Position numbers and translations under genes: made by a program. A stretch of DNA of 64,000 nt, taken from NCBI GenBank assembly GCA_041665405.1, contig JBAYIZ010000002.1:7300-71299 (forward strand). Direction: 5' to 3'. Shown piece by piece: positions 58,150 to 64,000 of the stretch (positions are counted from its first letter, which is position 1; each line of letters begins with the position of its first letter). The notes beneath the pieces are model-generated. The model worked only from the letters and a program-made list of their open reading frames with translations. It was not told the origin of the DNA and made no database searches. This stretch comes from Candidatus Magasanikiibacteriota bacterium. Lineage in GTDB: Bacteria; Patescibacteriota; Patescibacteriia; Magasanikbacterales; GWA2-37-8.

Positions 58150-58641
58150 ATGATGCATGGCTTAGTAAACTTTTTTTCCAGTTTTCCTCCCCAATTAGCA
58201 ACATTATTTTTGGCTATGACACCAGTGGGAGAACTGCGTTTGTCTATACCGGTCGCTTTGTTGGTGTATCATTTGTCATTATTTGAGGCGATGTTTTGGT
58301 CAATTCTCGGAAATATGATTCCGGCACTCATTATATTATATTTTTCGGATTTGTTTCATATTTGGATTCAAAAACAATCTGGGTATTTTTCCAAAAAATG
58401 GGTCAATGCTTTGGCTCGTGCACAGTCCAAATTTTCTGGTAATTATGCCAAATATGGTTTGATTGGTTTGATGATTTTTATTGGCGTTCCTATCCCCGGC
58501 ACTGGCGCGTTTACTGGAGCGTTGGCCGCATTTGTATTTGGTATTCCATTTAAAAAATCCTGGCCTTATGTTTTGGGTGGTGTTTTTATTGCCGCTTGTA
58601 TTACTTCTGCGGTGACATTAGGGTTAGGAAAGATTTTTTAA
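58150..58641 (+). CDS. Small multidrug-export-like membrane protein (COG2426 family)
   Basis: 163 aa, 4 TM. ...LAMTPVGELRLSIPVAL... pattern of that family. Confidence 0.45.
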   Translation: MMHGLVNFFSSFPPQLATLFLAMTPVGELRLSIPVALLVYHLSLFEAMFWSILGNMIPALIILYFSDLFHIWIQKQSGYFSKKWVNALARAQSKFSGNYAKYGLIGLMIFIGVPIPGTGAFTGALAAFVFGIPFKKSWPYVLGGVFIAACITSAVTLGLGKIF

Positions 58642-58642
58642 T

Positions 58643-59719
58643 ATGACTTTGGAAAAATTACAAGAACTGAATAAAAAGATTGAGGAGGCGATGAATCTTT
58701 TGAAATTGTCTGATTTAAAAATAAAAGCCCAACAGCTCGAAGAACAGATGAATGTGTCTGATTTTTGGTCTGACCAAAAACGGGCACAAAATATTTCTCA
58801 AGATTATCAGAATATAAAAAGTGAAGTAGAAAAGTGGGAGGAAATAAAAAAACAGGCGGGTGATCTTTTAGAGTTGGCACAATCTGGTGATGAGAGTTTG
58901 GAAAAGGAAATTGAAACCCAGACAACTGTATTGGAAAAAAAATTTGAAGAGTATGAATTATTTTTATTACTCAATGGACCATACGATCAAAATAATGCTA
59001 TCGTAGCGATTCATGCTGGTAGTGGTGGCACTGAAGCTCAGGATTGGGCAGAGATGCTTTTGAGGATGGTGACTAGATTTTGTGAAAAAGAAAATTGGCG
59101 GATAGAAATTTTGGATGAAAGTCGTGGGGCGGAAGCGGGATACAAATCTATTACTTTTCGCGTGAGTGGTCGTTATGCTTTTGGATATCTCAAATCCGAG
59201 CACGGTGTTCATCGCTTGGTGCGTATTTCTCCGTTTGATGCCGAGAAGATGCGCCACACTTCTTTTGCTTTGATGGAAGTATTACCTGAGCTTGATGAAA
59301 AAATAGAAGTTGAAATTGATCCAAAAGATTTGCGTATTGATACTTTTATGAGTGGTGGCAAAGGTGGACAAAGTGTAAACACTACTTATAGTGCCGTGCG
59401 TGTGGTGCATATTCCGACTGGCATTAGTGTGTCTTGTCAAAATGAAAGATCGCAAACACAAAACAAAGAAACAGCGATGAAAATTTTGCGAGCAAAACTT
59501 CATTTGATTGAAGAAGAAAAAAAAGAAAAAGAACATTTGGAATTACGCGGTGAATATAAATCGGCTGAATGGGGGAATCAAATTCGCAGTTATGTTTTAC
59601 ATCCATATCATCTAGTAAAAGATCATCGCACGGATTATGAAAGTACCGATCCCGAGGGTGTACTGGAAGGGGATCTGTTGCCACTATGTGAAGCATATTT
59701 AAAATGGAAGAAAAAATAA
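58643..59719 (+). CDS. prfB: Peptide chain release factor 2 (intact, no programmed frameshift)
   Basis: GGQ motif (GGKGGQSVNTT) and SPF tripeptide (RISPFDA) specific to RF2. Contiguous 358-aa ORF. Confidence 0.9.
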   Translation: MTLEKLQELNKKIEEAMNLLKLSDLKIKAQQLEEQMNVSDFWSDQKRAQNISQDYQNIKSEVEKWEEIKKQAGDLLELAQSGDESLEKEIETQTTVLEKKFEEYELFLLLNGPYDQNNAIVAIHAGSGGTEAQDWAEMLLRMVTRFCEKENWRIEILDESRGAEAGYKSITFRVSGRYAFGYLKSEHGVHRLVRISPFDAEKMRHTSFALMEVLPELDEKIEVEIDPKDLRIDTFMSGGKGGQSVNTTYSAVRVVHIPTGISVSCQNERSQTQNKETAMKILRAKLHLIEEEKKEKEHLELRGEYKSAEWGNQIRSYVLHPYHLVKDHRTDYESTDPEGVLEGDLLPLCEAYLKWKKK

Positions 59720-59720
59720 T

Positions 59721-60323
59721 ATGCAAATAATGTCTGAATGCAATTTAGCAAAAATTGTGATTGAAATTTTGTCTGGTAAAGTAATGGTTTTTCCGACGGA
59801 AACTTCTTATGCGATAGGGTGTGATGCTACCAATCAAGCGGCGGTGGATCGTATTTTTGATATCAAAGGACGAGAAGGGAACAAACCATTATTGATAGTA
59901 GTAGATAGCACAGAAACAGCCAAAAAATATTTACATTGGAGTGAAAATTTACAAAAATTGGCGGATAAATATTGGCCCGGGGCGGTGACAGTAGTAGGGG
60001 AATCTATTGAGGATCATTTGGCCAAAGGGGTAATCAAACGCGATGGTACTGTTGGTCTGCGAGTATCTGCCTATCCATTATTAAAATCCATTACCGAAAA
60101 AATTGGCCGACCACTGGTGGCTACTTCAGCCAACATTGCTGGTGAAGAAAATCTGTATGATGCCAAAAAAATTATCGAAGTTTTTTTCAAACAAAAAAAT
60201 CAACCAGACATAATTTTAGATTACGGAATGTTACCAACAAAACCACCGACAACAGTAGTTAGTGTCATCGGTGATGATATAAAAATATTAAGACAGGGCG
60301 AGTTATTAATTAACCTGAACTAG
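59721..60323 (+). CDS. tsaC: L-threonylcarbamoyladenylate synthase (YrdC/Sua5 family)
   Basis: ...VMVFPTETSYAIGCDATNQAAVDRIFDIKGR...KPLLIVV... YrdC domain signatures. 200 aa. Confidence 0.85.
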   Translation: MQIMSECNLAKIVIEILSGKVMVFPTETSYAIGCDATNQAAVDRIFDIKGREGNKPLLIVVDSTETAKKYLHWSENLQKLADKYWPGAVTVVGESIEDHLAKGVIKRDGTVGLRVSAYPLLKSITEKIGRPLVATSANIAGEENLYDAKKIIEVFFKQKNQPDIILDYGMLPTKPPTTVVSVIGDDIKILRQGELLINLN

Positions 60324-60335
60324 ATATTTGACAGG

Positions 60336-60412
60336 TTGTATTGAGCGGGTTATGCGCCGAGGCGCATCCTTTTGCCCTCGCGGGCAAAAAAAGCGAAATA
60401 CAATCTGACAAA
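60336..60412 (-). repeat. Copy 3 (reverse orientation, more divergent) of the ~100-nt palindromic element; overlaps the annotated TTG start region of ksgA
   Basis: Reverse complement contains gcccGCGAgggc hairpin, atgcgcc-tc-ggcgcat stem (compensatory to atgaacc-tc-ggttcat in copy 1) and cataacccgctc motif. Confidence 0.55.
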
Positions 60413-61283
60413 TATCGTCACTGACTTTATGAACGAAAAACTTTTTAACATAGACTATCTCAAACATCTTTGTAATAAGTTTGGTTTGCGCCCATCCAAG
60501 GAATACGGTCAAAATTATTTGATCAATCCAGAAGTGATAGACACGATGATAGCAGTAAGTGGCGTTAATAAAAAAGACACAGTGGTCGAGGTTGGTCCTG
60601 GTTTTGGTATTCTCACGTTGGATCTCGCGGCCAAAGTAAAAAAGTTATTAGCTTTTGAAATTGAAATAAAATTAAAACCATATTGGGAGGAAATTAGTAC
60701 GCGTTTGTCCCAGAGTAAAGAAAATAATTTTGAAATTATTTGGGGCAATGTATTGCGTACTGATCCAGCCATTTTTCCCAAAAGCTATAAAGTGGTAGCC
60801 AATTTACCATATCAAATCACCTCGCCGGTATTAAAATTTTTTCTCGAAGATCTGGAAAACAAACCAAAAGAGATGACCTTGATGGTGCAAAAAGAAGTTG
60901 CTCAAAGAATCTGTGCTAAACCAGGGGAGATGTCGGTATTGGGTCTGTCGGTGCAATATTTTGGTCAGGCAGAAATCGTGGGTGAAGTAAAAAATAATAA
61001 TTTTTGGCCAGTACCTCAGGTAGATTCGGCGATAATCAAAATAATTTTGTCCAAACGCGCTACCATCAGAATGGAAGATCAAGCATTTTTCAAATTAGTC
61101 AAAATCGGCTTCGCTCAAAAACGAAAATTATTAATAAAAAACATTTTGCCAACAATAGGCAAGGAACATAAAGAAAAATTCCTCTCAGAGCTGAAAAAAA
61201 TGGGTTTTACTGAGACGGTACGCGCCCAAGAACTCAGTGTCGCCAACTGGCAACAACTAGTGAAGATATCCACATTACTCTAA
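60372..61283 (+). CDS. rsmA: 16S rRNA (adenine1518/1519-N6)-dimethyltransferase RsmA/KsgA; track start is TTG at 60372, ATG at 60429 is the more likely start
   Basis: ...YGQNYLINPEVID...VVEVGPGFGILTLDLA...NLPYQITSPVL... canonical KsgA motifs. Confidence 0.85.
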   Translation: MPSRAKKAKYNLTNIVTDFMNEKLFNIDYLKHLCNKFGLRPSKEYGQNYLINPEVIDTMIAVSGVNKKDTVVEVGPGFGILTLDLAAKVKKLLAFEIEIKLKPYWEEISTRLSQSKENNFEIIWGNVLRTDPAIFPKSYKVVANLPYQITSPVLKFFLEDLENKPKEMTLMVQKEVAQRICAKPGEMSVLGLSVQYFGQAEIVGEVKNNNFWPVPQVDSAIIKIILSKRATIRMEDQAFFKLVKIGFAQKRKLLIKNILPTIGKEHKEKFLSELKKMGFTETVRAQELSVANWQQLVKISTLL

Positions 61284-61324
61284 TGTGGATTTTTGTGCTA
61301 TAATAATAAAAAAGAATTGGGCTT

Positions 61325-61969
61325 ATGGTAGATGTCGAACAACCCACTGAAACCGGCTTATCCAAAGAGCAGAAGATAGGTTTTGTCTTACTGTCTGCTT
61401 TTGCTATTCTCGCGATTGGTTTGGGAGTAATTCAAATTCGCAATACGATGTACAGTCATTTTGCTTTAAACAATCAAATCCCGAATGTAATAAAAGATCA
61501 GGTAAATACAGTAGACGCATTGCGTTTTCGAGATACTGACAAAGATAGTCTTACCGATTTTGATGAATTATATGTATATGGTACTAGTCCCTATTTAGCC
61601 GATACTGATAGTGATGGTATCCCAGATGGAGAAGAAATAAATCGTGGTCTTAATCCTATTTGTGCTGAAGGCACAGATTGTTCATTCACTTTAGAGGCGG
61701 CGGCGGTAGCGGTAGTTGGTAGCAGTACTTTGGAGTCAACACTGATTGTTCCAGCCGAGCAACCAGCAATGGATTTGGGTGAAGCGATTAAAGATCCGGT
61801 GCAAGTGCGCAAAATGTTAATCAGCGCTGGAGTAAGTAGCGAAGTGGTGAATAAATTTTCGGACACAGAATTAATGAAGATGATTACTGAAATCATGAGC
61901 CCGTCTTCTACTGTTGATAATATAAAAACTTTAAATACAAATTTGTCCGCGACTGGGACGAAAAAATAA
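61325..61969 (+). CDS. Hypothetical membrane-anchored protein with thrombospondin-type-3-like Ca-binding repeats
   Basis: N-terminal TM. DTDKDSLTDFDE...DTDSDGIPDGEE repeats. Confidence 0.45.
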   Translation: MVDVEQPTETGLSKEQKIGFVLLSAFAILAIGLGVIQIRNTMYSHFALNNQIPNVIKDQVNTVDALRFRDTDKDSLTDFDELYVYGTSPYLADTDSDGIPDGEEINRGLNPICAEGTDCSFTLEAAAVAVVGSSTLESTLIVPAEQPAMDLGEAIKDPVQVRKMLISAGVSSEVVNKFSDTELMKMITEIMSPSSTVDNIKTLNTNLSATGTKK

Positions 61970-61982
61970 TTTCCACTAAAAT

Positions 61983-64000
61983 ATGTTTTTTCAAAAAATG
62001 AGAAAGTTGACGATTGGATTTTTATTATCGATTTTAATTTTTTCTTCAGTCGCTGGTTTTCTGGTCTCGGCGCAACCAGCCAATGCTCAGTTGGCGGTAC
62101 TGGTGACTGGAGATATTCAAGCTCAGGCCAATAGTATCGTGGACATGATCAAAAACGGTTGGAAGATAGCCGTGCTCAATGCCGCTCAACAAGCTGTGTC
62201 GTATTTTTTGCGCAAATTAGCTTATGATAGTGCGGTGTGGTTGGCGTCTGGTGGTAAAGGACAGAGTCCATATGCTCAAACCAAAGGATTCGGAGATTAT
62301 ATGGCATCAGTTGGTTCGGATGCCGCTGGTACGGCGATTGAACAACTTGGCAAGGGGTTTGGTTTGGATCTTTGTAAGATTCCGGACGTGCAAATAGATT
62401 TAGCTTTGCGTATTGGTTTGCATTACAATTACAATTTGGATGGTGGAAATAGTCCTGCGGCACCAGCTTGTAATTTGGCCACTTTTCAAGAAAATTGGAG
62501 TGGAAATGCTTGGGCTACCAAATATGGTGATGGCCAAGGCGGTTTTGATGTAAACAAAGTATTTAATAAAACCCTTACTGTTGAGGATGCTCCATTAGGT
62601 ATAGCTCTAAAGACTACTCAAAAAATTGATCGTCTAGTACTTGCCCAAACTAATGCAGCTCAAGCTGATCGTTTAGAGGGTCAAGGATATAAGGCGGCTA
62701 CAAGATTGATTTCTGGAGAGACAATGATACCGTCACAAACAATCAAAAAAGAAGCTGAAGCAAATACACCAAGTGAACAAACCAAAAAAAGTGAAGCTCA
62801 AATCGCGGCGGCTATGGGTTCAGGAGCTTGGGAAATTATTCCTTCGACCCTGTCTTTATTTTTGAATACTTTGTCTGGCCAGATGTTAAAGAATTTCAAA
62901 GATAATGGCATGTTGCCAGGTGGTTTATGTGTTGGTGGTTATGGTGATCCTTCTTGTAAAACTAAAAGTGGAAGTTCAGCACAAAACTTCGTTGCCGACA
63001 CCTCAGTATCAGGACGAGCCGTGGCTGAGGCGGCCTTTAGTGAATTTTTGATAACAAAATTAGACGCTTTATCAAACTATGACATATTGCGTGAACTTAA
63101 TAGTTGCGAATCACGTGGCTTATACAATTGTCGTGCCGATAGTTATTTAGTACAGGCAATTCAAGAAGAAAAACAATCTGCCCCAGTAACCGTCAAAGAG
63201 GCTATGAACAAAGGTTGGTTGCATCGTTCATGGAAACTGATTCCACCATCACGCACTGTCGATAATTCTTCTGCCCAATGTTATAATTCTGCTTATTGTT
63301 ATAGTAATATTCAAGTGCTTCGTCAACTGAGAATTCTTCCTCTTGGTTTTGAAATTGCGGCAAAAAACAGTGATCCAGATAGTCCATGGACGTTGGAAGA
63401 TGTAGTTAACGGATTTTATGATTGTAATTATAATAAAGACGCCAAAGGCAACATAGTTGGTATCACTTATGATCCAGTCAATAAACCGTTTTGTCATTTG
63501 ATAGATCCAAATTGGGTAATAAAATTATCTCAAGCTCGTTGTGATGCAGAAGCATATAGCGGTGTTCCGTTGAACGCAGGGGTACCAAATAGAGTTAAGG
63601 AATGTGTAGATGTAAAAACATGTGTTGGTTATGATAAAGAAGGTAACTGTGCCAGTTTTGGCAATTGCGTTCGTGAAAAAAATGTTTGGAAGTTTGACGC
63701 TACCAAATGTGATGCACAATATACGACTTGTAGGGCATTTACCGATAGTGTTGGCAAAGATGTATCTTATTTGTATCGTACATTGGACACTGGAGATTGT
63801 AATCAGGATACAGCCGGTTGTACGGCTTATAGTTTGGAACAAGATGACAAAGGTTGGAAAGAAGTATCCAAGACAGATTATGGAAGTTATTCTACTGGTA
63901 TTTATCTAAATAAAAATGTTTCGACTGCGAATGTTTGTAATGCGGATGCTGTTGGTTGTAGTGCTTTTAAATTATCAAATGATGCCAATTCAAATAATAT
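61983..64000 (+). CDS. Partial (3'-truncated at window edge) large cysteine-rich secreted protein with N-terminal signal peptide
   Basis: ATG at 61983. The frame was verified open at three points to the window end (>670 codons, >35 Cys). Absent from the ORF track only because no in-window stop. Minus-strand track ORFs in this span are spurious. Confidence 0.65.
   Translation, partial: MFFQKMRKLTIGFLLSILIFSSVAGFLVSAQPANAQLAVLVTGDIQAQANSIVDMIKNGWKIAVLNAAQQAVSYFLRKLAYDSAVWLASGGKGQSPYAQTKGFGDYMASVGSDAAGTAIEQLGKGFGLDLCKIPDVQIDLALRIGLHYNYNLDGGNSPAAPACNLATFQENWSGNAWATKYGDGQGGFDVNKVFNKTLTVEDAPLGIALKTTQKIDRLVLAQTNAAQADRLEGQGYKAATRLISGETMIPSQTIKKEAEANTPSEQTKKSEAQIAAAMGSGAWEIIPSTLSLFLNTLSGQMLKNFKDNGMLPGGLCVGGYGDPSCKTKSGSSAQNFVADTSVSGRAVAEAAFSEFLITKLDALSNYDILRELNSCESRGLYNCRADSYLVQAIQEEKQSAPVTVKEAMNKGWLHRSWKLIPPSRTVDNSSAQCYNSAYCYSNIQVLRQLRILPLGFEIAAKNSDPDSPWTLEDVVNGFYDCNYNKDAKGNIVGITYDPVNKPFCHLIDPNWVIKLSQARCDAEAYSGVPLNAGVPNRVKECVDVKTCVGYDKEGNCASFGNCVREKNVWKFDATKCDAQYTTCRAFTDSVGKDVSYLYRTLDTGDCNQDTAGCTAYSLEQDDKGWKEVSKTDYGSYSTGIYLNKNVSTANVCNADAVGCSAFKLSNDANSNN

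Overview
This window is AT-rich (roughly one-third GC) and gene-dense, and it looks bacterial. Compact genes, giant extracellular proteins, a split ComEC, an ADP-forming acetyl-CoA synthetase and a DGR together suggest a small-genome Patescibacteria/CPR-like organism; this is inference only. RF2 (prfB) is intact, TGA terminates the RT gene, and TAA/TAG stops are used elsewhere, so the standard code applies.

Housekeeping genes I could recognise: clpC-like AAA+ ATPase, phosphomannomutase/phosphoglucomutase, htpX, rseP, pheS, pheT, gdhA, mutM, leuS, nusA, yidC, groES, groEL, prfB, tsaC and ksgA.

The main finding is a complete diversity-generating retroelement (DGR) at about 12.8-15.5 kb. It comprises an anomalously GC-rich target gene with a C-terminal variable repeat (VR), a 111-bp template repeat (TR) that differs from VR only at TR adenines (I counted 22 of 22 differences), an Avd-like four-helix-bundle accessory gene on the opposite strand, and a DGR-type reverse transcriptase with the LGxxxSQ and YADD motifs. 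A 10-nt poly-G tract sits in the avd/RT divergent promoter region.

Other observations:
- A 27-nt GNRA-tetraloop hairpin element occurs four times. Two copies are in-frame inside essential genes (pgm and leuS) in a Rickettsia-RPE-like manner, and their stems show compensatory changes.
- A family of three palindromic elements of about 100 nt has a conserved core and covarying outer stems.
- LeuS carries a full alpha/beta-hydrolase domain inserted into its zinc knuckle.
- There are giant surface proteins of 1502 and 2184 aa, one transglutaminase-like.
- Partial Cys-rich secreted proteins sit at both window edges, next to a DsbA-like gene at the 5' edge.

No rRNA, tRNA or CRISPR array was seen.
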